From Macrostomum lignano (taxonomy: Eukaryota), in assembly GCA_002269645.1 (NCBI GenBank), contig NIVC01001230.1:124001-188000 (forward strand): DNA of 64,000 nucleotides. Reading direction: 5' to 3'. Positions 1 to 20,600 of the stretch are shown here, piece after piece (within the stretch, counting starts at the first letter, position 1; every line of letters starts with the position of its first letter). The position numbers and the translations under genes were made by a program. Below the pieces are notes generated by a model that saw nothing but the letters and a program-made list of their open reading frames with translations, ran no database searches and was not told where the DNA came from.

Positions 1-14
1 AGCGTCCTGCAGAA

Positions 15-350
15 ATCGTAGAAGCGTCATGAAATAATCATAGAAGCGTCATGTAAAAATCATAGAAGCGTCATGTAAAAAAGCATAGAAGCGTCATGTA
101 AACAATCATAGAAGCGTCATGTAAACAATCATGGAAGCGTTATGTAAAAAATTCATAGAAGCGTCATGTAAAAAGCATAGAAGCGTCATATAAACAATCA
201 TAGAAGCGTCATATAAAAAATCATAGAAGCATCATGTAATAATCATAGAAGCGTCATGAAAAAATCATAGGAGCCTCATTTAAAAACTAATGAAAGTGTC
301 ATTTAAAAAATCAAGAAGCATCATGGTAGAATAAAAGAAGCGTCATGTCA
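15..350. repeat. Degenerate ~22-23 bp tandem repeat (ATCATAGAAGCGTCATGTAAAAA)
   Basis: About 14 recognisable copies, decaying rightwards. Confidence 0.9.
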
Positions 351-476
351 GACATGAAGGGTGTCATGTAAAAATTAAATGCAGCTATAATGCTGTGCTG
401 GGGAGAAAAACTGAGACGTAAAGGCTCTCAGAGAATAACTGAGATTACGGGGGGGGTTTCTGAGATGTCAAAGCAA

Positions 477-1490
477 AAGTCAGAAGCTACTTCAAAGTTC
501 ATGTACTTTACTCAATTTTTTATTGCATTATTTGTTGGCTCGCCACGGGGGGGGGGCGCTGATAGAAGAAGAGTCATGTAAAAAATAAAAGTAGCACTAT
601 GTATACATAAAATAAAAGTCATGTCAAAGTTAAAAGATTCATTTGGGAATTGCTACGATGTCAAAGCTTGGTGGAAATCGTTATAGTGCTGTGATTCTTA
701 AAGAAGGAATCACTAAAATGTCAAGGCTTAGGGGAGAAGAATTGCTGTGATTTCAAGGCTTTAGGTTGGGTTAAAGTTAGGTTTAAGTCAGGTGTGGGTT
801 GAGGGTTATATTTTATCGCGTTTCAAGGTTAACAGGGGATTTTTTAGATTTCAAGGTTTATGGGGGCCATCGCTGACATGTCAAGGCTTACGGGGGGAAT
901 AGCTGAGATGTCAAGGCTCACGGGGGTATAAATGAGATTTCAAGGCTAAAGTCAGAAGCTACATGTAGTTTATTGAAAACTTTTTATTACATTATTTGAT
1001 GCCTCCTCAGGGGAGGGATCGCTGATAAAAAAAGCGTAATGTAAAAAATAAAAGAAGCTTCATGTCGAAGTTAAGAGATTCATTTGGGAATCCCTACGAT
1101 GTCGAGGCTTGCAGGGAATCGCTATAATGCTGTAGTAGTGCTATAATGACTCTTAGAGAGAATTACTGAAATTTCAATGCTTTAGGGTTGGGTTAGGGTT
1201 AGGGTTAGGGTTAGGGTTAGGGTTAGGGTTAGGCTATAGGGTTAGGGTTAGGGTTAGGCTAGCGTTAGGGTTAGAAGGTTGACAGATATTTTTATATTTC
1301 CAAGGCTTATTGGGGGCATTGCTGAGATGTCAAGGGGGGAAGTTGATATGTTAAAGCTTGTGGGGGGGGATTACTGACATGTCAAGGCTTACAAGGTTTG
1401 ACAGGAGATTTTTTAAGATTTCAAGGATACATGTAGCTTATTAAAAAAACGTGCATTGCATTTCTTTGGCTCCCCAACGGGGGGCGTAGA
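477..1490. repeat. Diverged ~470 bp tandem duplication (two copies plus a partial third)
   Basis: AAAGTCAGAAGCTAC at 477 and 948, then collinear blocks (ATTGCATTATTT, GATTCATTTGGGAAT..CTACGATGTC, TCAAGGCT repeats); a third partial copy starts near 1427. Confidence 0.75.
1181..1273 (+). repeat. Interstitial telomere-type repeat (TTAGGG)n
   Basis: About 15 mostly perfect TTAGGG units. Confidence 0.9.
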
Positions 1491-2096
1491 TTGCTAGTTA
1501 GTAAACTAATTTCTTTTATTTTTTGGTCTTAATTCAGTATTAACACACACCTGGTAGTGGAACATACAACACTTTCAACTATATCAAGATTATGTTTACT
1601 AGTTAAAACTCTATTACACAAATAGAATTTTTTTAAGAAATTTATGCAATATAATTTACTGCCCTTCCCTTAGCCTGATAGCTATAGCTCCTTTTTTTCC
1701 TTTTTTCCTATTCCTTTTTTCAAGTCACAAGGCAAAGTTCTAAGGGGATGTTTTAGTTTCGAAAAATAAATCAGTCTAAGAATAGTTTTAATTGTACTGT
1801 TATATTTCCACACTTATAGGCCCTGCCATAACTAAAAAGAGTGATACACACACACTAGGCCCTAAGGCCTAATTATTTTTAGTGCAGTTTTGAGGTTAAA
1901 ATAATTTATGCATAATGCATATATAGAAAGAAGAATTAGAATTAGATAATTTACTAGCAATCTTCGCCCCCCGTTGGGGGACATCTGTATAGAATCTCTG
2001 TTCTCTACAAGTAACAAAAAGATAGCGAAATAAAGCCTTCACAAAGAAAAGAGACAAAATACTCAAATGAAGTGCAATGCAAAAAGAAATCATCCC

Positions 2097-2352
2097 AAAA
2101 CAGCAAGCATCCCCCAGATAGCAAACATCTCCCAGATTGCAAGCATCCCTTGGATAGCAAGCATCCCCCAGATAGCAAGCATCCCCAAGATAGCAAGCAT
2201 CCCCCAGATAGCAAGCATCCCCCAGATAGCAAGCATCCCCCAGACGGCCAGATAGCAAGCATCCCCCAGATAGCAAGCATCCCCCAGATAGCAAGCATCC
2301 CCCAGATAGCAAGCATCCCCCAGATAGCAAGCATCCCCCAGATAGCAAGCAT
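2097..2352. repeat. 18 bp minisatellite (CAGATAGCAAGCATCCCC)
   Basis: About 14 copies; explains the repetitive ORFs 1896-2356. Confidence 0.95.
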
Positions 2353-4977
2353 CTAAAATTATATATTTTAGAAAACTAAACTTGGTATACTTTTAAAAAA
2401 AATCACTTTTTCTCTATACTCTAAATTATATAGTATGCCCAAAAATTAGGGCATGCATTGGCCTTGCACACCAAAAGTAGGCTTATAAAATTGGCATGTA
2501 TCACTCCTAAGAAAATAGTATGTGTGCATAGTATACCTGGTATCGGTATGCACTTTATAGAATCATATAGAAGAGTTATTGTGAAATAAAAAAAGATGAA
2601 AAAAGTTCCTTTTTAAGCATAAATTGAAAAAAATTAAAAAATTACAAATGCATGCCAAAAAATTGAATGCATACCCATCCCATTCCTAAAACTATGCCAT
2701 TATTAGGACAGTAAATGACCTTTTTATGTTATGACAACAAAAGACCTTTTTTGAATTGTATAGGCTAGGAAACCTTTTTTGCAAATAATTTGGTTGATTT
2801 TTATGCTTTTTCAGCAACACTATTTACAGCAAAAAATCAATACATGCAAAAGATTTGTTCAAATGCCTTATTACAAGCTTTAAAAACTTAGAAAGCTTGA
2901 AATTTATGCTTAAAAATGAACTTATTTATCTTTTTTCTATTTAACACAGTGTAACTCTTCTGTGGGATTCTATAAAATACATGCTAGGTATGCACGCACA
3001 CTATTTTTTAAGAGTGATATGTGTTAACTATGCACGTTTATTTCTGGCATGCAAGGCCAATGGACACTAGAATTTCTGGGCATATACTACATGATCTGGA
3101 GTGTGGTAGTACTATAGCACTGAAGCTAAAACTTGAATTTGGGTTGCTTTATAGCAGTCAATGGCCTTTTTATACCTCTGCATATTTGGCTTCTAGAAAT
3201 TCTATAGTTATCCTCATAAATCCCAAGAACTTTCTATTTTACCCAATATATAACATTAAAATAAGTTGAATTTTTGGCAATGATTTTTCAAACCAGTTTG
3301 TTTGAATTCAGTGTTTATATTATTTTCTAGATATCTGTACTATATTTAAAATATGGTTTTTCAACCTAGAGCTCTTTGTTCTTGGCACTTTTTAAAATCA
3401 AGATTCAATTGAAAAAAGTCGAAATCTTAAATATCAATTGCAATTGCAAAATTGAGATCTTTATCTATAAAATGAATCTATGACTATATAAAAAGCTTTT
3501 TTGCTTAAGTTTAGACTATAGGTCTAAGAATAATATTAGTAATGTAATAGTATTAAGAAATATATATATATTTCTAATATATAATATAGTATGGTATATG
3601 TATAATATATGTATAAAATAACAATTTCATTTACTTTTTAATAATTACAAAAGGATTACAAAAATCTTAAAACAACAAATTTTGGCAAAATTATCCCATA
3701 AATAGCAATAAGATGGTTTTGCCCACTCTACTGATTCTCAAGCAAATGCAAGTGCATAAATATTGCATATATAATTAAATTATATATACTAAGTATATAA
3801 TGACTTCAACTTTTCAGTCATTTAGGCATATATACTTTATGCTTTAGGGTTGGTCTTTATAGTTATGAATTATGTGAAACCCCAGGCTAATTTTTGTATG
3901 TAAGCATTGTGAATTGGGGTCAGATAAGATCTTAATTTCAGTCTCAATCATCAAGATTTTGGCACTTTTCTCAGTCTTAATCTTGGTTTTGAGATCTCAA
4001 GAAAAGTCAAGAATTGTGACTATTTTTTACTCTTTGTGACTATGATAATATAATATTATACAAATATACTATATTTGATATATCAAGTTATTAACAAGCT
4101 AAAAAATTAATATTTTTCCCTTTGTTGTCACCATTGTACACATTTAACAAATAATAATATTAGCATTGAATAGATAAAATAATGTAAATAAGACTACTAG
4201 ATGCTAATTAGGCTTAATCTTGAATCTTTATTGAATCTCAATTATCTTATAAGTATAGATCTGAAGTCTCAAAAATCTCAAAAATTTGATATTGTTTGAC
4301 TCCTAATTGTGAATATGGCTATGCATAATAAAACTAGGCATTGTGGCTTATGGGTTAGACATTTATTGCTAGCTAATCCGGCCTTGTTGGTAGGCCCATA
4401 TTTAACAGTGTTTCTTATAATGCATATGTTTGCATTTAAAATCAACAAAGTTGTTATGTAATATGCATGTTTTTTATTTAATCAATAATAGCATAGTTTT
4501 AATTACCATTCATTTAGGTTAGCTTCCAAGGTAAATAAAAATTTTTTTTTAGGATACATATGTTATATATTGACATGTCAAGGGAACTTAAAATATACAA
4601 CATTGAAATAGAATGAGCACAAAGTTTACCATATATAATCCAATTATATTAAGCACTGCTAATTGTCTTTTAGTTAAAAGAGTAAATAAAGTCAATCATA
4701 CAGTCTATAATTAGGAACTCTTGCAAATGAGTTTTCAGAGTTGCTTGCATTCTATTGCAAGGCAATGAAAGTTATCAAAATAGATTATATAATTTTTATA
4801 ATTATACATAATCAGCATATTAATTGTGTTTGTATACAATATTTATTGCAATTTGATTCCAGATGACTCAACTCAGCGGCTGAAAACATTGTTGCCAATT
4901 GAATTCAGCCAGTTAGCCCAGCCTGTCCCAGGATTCCAGCCATCTGGAGCTGACCAATATTGGCTCTTTATTAAGGC

Positions 4978-13148
<8,171 letters not shown>

Positions 13149-13159
13149 TTATCGTGAGT

Positions 13160-14890
13160 ACACTGACTACAGACCATCAACACACTGACAACAGACCAAC
13201 AACACACTGACTACAGACCAACAACACACTGACAACAGACCGAAAACACACTGACTACAGACCAACAACACACTGATTACAGACTGCCAACACACTGACT
13301 ACAGACCAACAACACACTGATTACAGACTGCCAACACACTGACTACAGACCAACAACACACTGACTACAGATCAACAACACACTGATTACAGACTGCCAA
13401 CACACTGACTACAGACCAACAACACACTGACTACAGATCAACAACACACTGACTACAGATCAACAACACACTGACTACAGATCAACAACACACTGACTAT
13501 AGATCAACAACACACTGACTACAGACCGAAAACACACTGACTACAGATCAACAACACACTGACTACAGATCAACAACACACTGACTACAGATCAACAACA
13601 CACTGACTACAGATCAACAACACACTGACTACAGATCAACAACACACTGACTACAGACCGAAAACACACTGATTACAGACCAACAACACACTGATTACAG
13701 ACTGCCAACACACTGACTACAGACCAACAACACACTGACTACAGATCAACAACACACTGATTACAGACTGCCAACACACTGACTACAGACCAACAACACA
13801 CTGACTACAGATCAACAACACACTGACTACAGATCAACAACACACTGACTACAGATCAACAACACACTGACTATAGATCAACAACACACTGACTACAGAC
13901 CGAAAACACACTGACTACAGATCAACAACACACTGACTACAGATCAACAACACACTGACTACAGATCAACAACACACTGACTACAGATCAACAACACACT
14001 GACTACAGATCAACAACACACTGACTACAGACCGAAAACACACTGATTACAGACCAACAACACACTGACTACAGACCAACAACACACTGATTACAGACTG
14101 CCAACACACTGACTACAGATCAACAACACACTGACTACAGATAAACAACACACTGACTACAGATCAACAACACACTGACTATAGATCAACAACACACTGA
14201 CTACAGACCGAAAACACACTGACTACAGATCAACAACACACTGACTACAGATCAACAACACACTGACTACAGATCAACAACACACTGACTACAGATCAAC
14301 AACACACTGACTACAGATCAACAACACACTGACTACAGATCAACAACACACTGACTACAGACCGAAAACACACTGATTACAGACCAACAACACACTGACT
14401 ACAGACCAACAACACACTGATTACAGACCAACAACACACTGACTACAGACCAACAACACACTGATTACAGACCAACAACACACTGATTACAGACCAACAA
14501 CACACTGACTACAGACCAACAACACACTGATTACAGACCAACAACACACTGACTACAGATCAACAACACACTGACTACAGATCAACAACACACTGACTAC
14601 AGACCGAAAACACACTGATTACAGACCAACAACACACTGACTACAGACCAACAACACACTGATTACAGACCAACAACACACTGACTACAGACCAACAACA
14701 CACTGATTACAGACCAACAACACACTGACTACAGACCAACAACACACTGATTACAGACCAACAACACACTGACTACAGACCAACAACACACTGACTACAG
14801 ATCAACAACACACTGACTACAGATCAACAACACACTGACTACAGACCAACAACACACTGATTACAGACCAACAACACACTGATTACAGAC
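13160..14890. repeat. 22 bp minisatellite (ACACACTGACTACAGACCAACA) just after the MARK stop codon
   Basis: About 78 copies; begins directly after GTGAGT at 13154. Confidence 0.97.
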
Positions 14891-16589
14891 AGCAGTTATT
14901 TGCCTCAGCTTCCCCACGCCATTCGCAGATCCACCTTCCTGGCCTCCCGAGCCGAGCCGAGGTCAGCTGTCCCTGCCCTGATCAAACCGTTTCCCCTCCA
15001 ATTGGCAATCTTCTGACTGCTTCAAATTTCCCCGTTTTCAATAATTTTCTAGTTTTTTTCCTTCTCTGTTAAATCTGCTTCAATATAGGATAACGCGTGC
15101 GCACTAACGCGTCCTTATCAACTACTACTAGTAGCTAACCTGCCCTTGGATTTTTGCAAATCATTTTTAAAAATATAATTGCGCACCCGTTCTATAGGCT
15201 GTTATAGAGAATTTATGCGGGACTGCCGCTTGAGGATTTCTGATGCGTCCTGCCAGCTAACTGTATTGAATATTTTATTTTCTAGAGGACCAGCTCGTTT
15301 TAGATATCTGTCTGCCGGTACATGTGCACTTTTTCATCCGGCAGTCTGTGCGGCCCCTGGCTTCCAGTCTATGGGAAACCAGGATTCAGGATTAGCCGGG
15401 TGAAGCCAGTGCACGCCCGGCTGTCGCAAAGTCTGTTTTTATGAGCAACAAAATTCGGCAATCTGTTGACCATGCAGCCCAAGTTGCAATCAGCCAGTGT
15501 GCCCAGATCCCAGACTGCACTTCCCCTCCGCCTGTGTGTAAATGCAATTAATTATGCTTCTTACTCACTATCCCATGCTAATTATACTACTGTTCAGTAG
15601 GCGCTCTCGTCTGTCTCTGTTGCACTTCTATTGTTAATTAGCGGTACCTGTTGAACAAAGCTGACGGCAAGCCCCCCCCCTCAGCCTGGCCAATCATAGC
15701 GGGCCGGTACATCGGCAGTATTAAAAAGTACTTTTTGGCTGGCTGCCCCGAACTGTAAATTGGAACCGCTCTGTCAGCGTGTTGTTTCTTCGCTCATTTC
15801 CCTCTCCTCACTGCGAGAACTAAATTAAAATTTGTTTTAATATGTATCCTACTACTCATCGATTTTGTTAGTAGTATAGTAAATTTAATAAATAATATTT
15901 TGGCTATACTACTGACCTTTATAGCTCTATAGTAGTGTCCTCGTCAAAATGCTAGCAAAGTTTTGTGTTCAAGTTTATTCTTTTTTATAGGCTCGCCCAG
16001 CGGCGCTTGTTGACGCTATAAATTACCGTTGCTAAGGCACCGGTTGAGCTTTTGTTTTAATCGAAATTATGCCGGATCTCTTGCACCGATAGATGCGCGT
16101 TCACTGCTTTGCAGCTCTTGTTTTACACCTCCTGTGTACACCAAATCTAATTTAATTATAGTTAGCACACGTGCCCTTCTCCGTTAGCTGTTGTACACAC
16201 AGAACCAGCTGTCAGTGAGCGAGCTCTGCCCTCCCCATCTTTCTACATGTACTTGAGTTCGCCTCCGGCCAATGCGAGATCGGAACTGCGATGCCGCACA
16301 GACCATCGCAGTTCTCCACCTGTAATCCTGTTGCTTGCCTGTGCTTTGCAAAGATTCTATATCAGCACTGATTCTATCAATTATTATAGCAAACTTCTTG
16401 ATGCCTCACCCGTGCTGTTTTTAATAATTTAACTGAAAAATAAATCAATCCATATTTCTGATGCGAGCGTCTCTGCCGCCACCCTTCGTTGTCTCGATGC
16501 GTGTGAAATTCAACTGAATGCAATTTCCTGACTGGCGGCTTTGTTGCCTTCTGCTTTTTTCAAGAGTTTCAGTTGCGTTTGGGTGTTGC

Positions 16590-17150
16590 TTGGGTGTCAG
16601 ATCGGAGATGCTTGGGTGTCAGATGCGAGATGCTTGGGTGTCAGATGCGAGATGCTTGGGTGTCAGATGCGAGATGCCTGGGTGTCAGATGCGAGATGCT
16701 TGGGTGTCAGATGCGAGATGCTTGGGTGTCAGATGCGAGATGCTTGGGTGTCAGATGCGAGATGCTTGGGTGTCAGATGCGAGATGCTTGGGTGTCAGAT
16801 GCGAGATGCTTGGGTGTCAGATGCGAGATATTTGGGTGTCAGATGCGAGATGCTTGGGTGTCAGATCGGAGATGCTTGGGTGTCAGATGCGAGATGCTTG
16901 GGTGTCAGATCGGAGATGCATGGGTGTCAGATCGGAGATGCTTGGGTGTCAGATGCGAGATGCTTGGGGTGTCAGATCGGAGATGCTTGGGTGTCAGATG
17001 CGAGATGCTTGGGTGTCAGATGCGAGATATTTGGGTGTCAGCTCGGAGATGCATGGGTGTCAGATCGGAGATGCTTGGGTGTCAGATGCGAGATATTTGG
17101 GTGTCAGATGCGAGATGCTTGGGTGTCAGACGCGAGATGCTTGGGTGTCA
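16590..17150. repeat. 22 bp minisatellite (GATGCTTGGGTGTCAGATGCGA)
   Basis: About 25 copies; explains ORFs 16518-17169. Confidence 0.96.
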
Positions 17151-17673
17151 GCTAGAAGGTAGAAAGTGAGTCATAGCATTTGTACTACAACACAGTATTT
17201 ACTGCATGCAGTCTAGAAGCGAACTCGCCCGTATGCAACTCTGCTGCCCAGCAGTCTTTGGATTCCAGCAACAAGTCCACCTGCCAATCATTGCTGGTGC
17301 TTTTTCAGTTTTCCTAAGTTTTTAAAAGTTTTATCGTTGCTGATAATGTATTTATAATTCTGCTGGAAAGCCTGATAGTGCAGCTTTAAGAGACCGACAG
17401 TCAGGCTGTCGGGTGCATAATCTTTAGTTGCGATCTTTCGGGTGCGGTCTAGGTTCGGACTGAGGGTGGAGAGAGAGCGCTATTAGTGTATCAGACCCAG
17501 CATTGTTTGCGTGAATTGTGCTACAGAAATATCTCTGTTTTTTTATCTGCGGTCTGAGGTGAGCAGGCAGAGAGAGAGTCTGTTATGGGGTGACCAGGGC
17601 TGGCCTGCTCTATTAAAACGGCGATGAGTTTTGAGCTCAGTTTGATGAGGCAAAAACAACCGGCGAAGAAGAT

Positions 17674-20600
17674 ATGCAGGCGGAGGCTGAGCTGCTGCCA
17701 AATCAGCCGGCTCAGTCTAGTCGGCAGGAGCTACTGCTGCTGGCTGACGATGAGGCGCAGAGGCTGGATCGAGGAGAGGACGAAGAGCTCGACAGCGGCG
17801 ACGACGATGGCGAGGAAGCTGGGAAAGCTGCCGATGAAGAATCGGACGAGGAGTCTGAACAGGAAGAAGAGGATGAGAAGTGCTTCACCCTGCTGCTGCC
17901 GCACAAGATGCAGATTGGAAAGCAGCAGCAGAAGGGCAGCAAGGGCGGCCCGTCTGCAGCTGCGGCGGTGAGCCTGACCGGCATGGCGTTCAGCTCCACG
18001 GTCGAGGCGCTGCTGGTCACCACTAAACTGTCTGGCACTGGTGAGCTGCGGTCTGGGGGGACTGGGACTGGAGCTGCGCATCTGAGCACAGTTTATGCAG
18101 TCTTGAGAAGGGTGTCAGTTTCCCCAGAATGATGTCAGTTTCCTCAGAATGATGTCAGTTTCCTCAGAATGACGTCAGTCTCATCAGAATGATGTCAGTT
18201 TCTTCAGAATGGTGTCAGTTTCCTCAGAATAATGTCAGTCTCATCAGAATGATGTCAGTTTCCTCAGAATGGTGTCAGTTTCCTCAGAATAATGTCAGTT
18301 TCCTCAGAATGATGTCAGTCTCATCAGAATGATGTCAGTCTCATCAGAATGATGTCAGTTTCCTCAGAATGATGTCAGTTTCCTCAGAATGATGTCAGTT
18401 TCCTCAGAATGGTGTCAGTTTCCCCAGAATGATGTCAGTCTCATCAGAATGATGTCAGTTTCCTCAGAATGATGTCAGTTTCCTCAGAATGGTGTCAGTT
18501 ACCTCAGAATGATGTCAGTTTCCTCAGAATGATGTCAGTTTCCTCAGAATGATGTCAGTCTCATCAGAATGATGTCAGTTTCCTCAGAATGATGTCAGTT
18601 TCCTCAGAATGATGTCAGTTTCCTCAGAATGATGTCAGTTTCCTCAGAATGATGTCAGTCTCATCAGAATGATGTCAGTTTCCTCAGAATGATGTCAGTC
18701 TCATCAGAATGATGTCAGTTTCCTCAGAATAATGTCAGTTTCCTCAGAATGATGTCAGTCTCATCAGAATGATGTCAGTCTCATCAGAATGATGTCAGTT
18801 TCCTCAGAATGGTGTCAGTTTCCTCAGAATGATGTCAGTTTCCTCAGAATGATGTCAGTTTCCTCAGAATGATGTCAGTTTCCTCAGAATGATGTCAGTC
18901 TCATCAGAATGATGTCAGTCATCAGAATGATGTCAGTTTCCTCAGAATGATGTCAGTTTCCTCAGAATGATGTCAGTTTCCTCAGAATGATGTCAGTTTC
19001 CTCAGAATGATGTCAGTTTCCTCAGAATGATGTCAGTTTCCTCAGAATGATGTCAGTTTCCTCAGAATGATGTCAGTTTCCTCAGAATGATGTCAGTTTC
19101 CTCAGAATGATGTCAGTCTCATCAGAATGATGTCAGTTTCCTCAGAATGGTGTCAGTTTCCTCAGAATGATGTCAGTTTCCTCAGAATGATGTCAGTCTC
19201 ATCAGAATGATGTCAGTTTCCTCAGAATGATGTCAGTTTCCTCAGAATGATGTCAGTTTCCTCAGAATGATGTCAGTTTCCTCAGAATGATGTCAGTTTC
19301 CTCAGAATGATGTCAGTTTCCTCAGAATGATGTCAGTTTCCTCAGAATGATGTCAGTTTCCTCAGAATGATGTCAGTTTCCTCAGAATGATGTCAGTTTC
19401 CTCAGAATGATGTCAGTTTCTCAGAATGATGTCAGTTTCCTCAGAATGATGTCAGTTTCCTCAGAATGATGTCAGTTTCCTCAGAATGATGTCAGTTTCC
19501 TCAGAATGATGTCAGTTTCCTCAGAATGATGTCAGTTTCCTCAGAATGATGTCAGTTTCCTCAGAATGATGTCAGTTTCCTCAGAATGATGTCAGTCTCA
19601 TCAGAATGATGTCAGTTTCCTCAGAATGATGTCAGTTTCCTCAGAATGATGTCAGTTTCCTCAGAATGATGTCAGTTTCCTCAGAATGATGTCAGTCTCA
19701 TCAGAATGATGTCAGTTTCCTCAGAATGATGTCAGTTTCCTCAGAATGGTGTCAGTTTCCTCAGAATGATGTCAGTTTCCTCAGAATGATGTCAGTTTCC
19801 TCAGAATGATGTCAGTTTCCTCAGAATGATGTCAGTCTCATCAGAATGATGTCAGTTTCCTCAGAATGATGTCAGTTTCCTCAGAATGATGTCAGTTTCC
19901 TCAGAATGATGTCAGTTTCTCAGAATGATGTCAGTTTCCTCAGAATGATGTCAGTTTCCTCAGAATGATGTCAGTCTCATCAGAATGATGTCAGTTTCCT
20001 CAGAATGATGTCAGTTTCCTCAGAATGATGTCAGTTTCCTCAGAATGATGTCAGTTTCCTCAGAATGATGTCAGTTTCCTCAGAATGATGTCAGTTTCCT
20101 CAGAATGATGTCAGTTTCCTCAGAATGATGTCAGTTCCTCAGAATGATGTCAGTTTCCTCAGAATGATGTCAGTTTCCTCAGAATGATGTCAGTTTCCTC
20201 AGAATGATGTCAGTCTCATCAGAATGATGTCAGTTTCCTCAGAATGATGTCAGTTTCCTCAGAATGATGTCAGTCTCATCAGAATGATGTCAGTTTCCTC
20301 AGAATGATGTCAGTTTCCTCAGAATGATGTCAGTTTCCTCAGAATGATGTCAGTCTCATCAGAATGATGTCAGTTTCCTCAGAATGATGTCAGTCTCATC
20401 AGAATGATGTCAGTTTCCTCAGAATGATGTCAGTTTCCTCAGAATGATGTCAGTTTCCTCAGAATGATGTCAGTTTCCTCAGAATGATGTCAGTTTCCTC
20501 AGAATGATGTCAGTTTCCTCAGAATGATGTCAGTTTCCTCAGAATGATGTCAGTTTCCTCAGAATGATGTCAGTTTCCTCAGAATGATGTCAGTTTCCTC

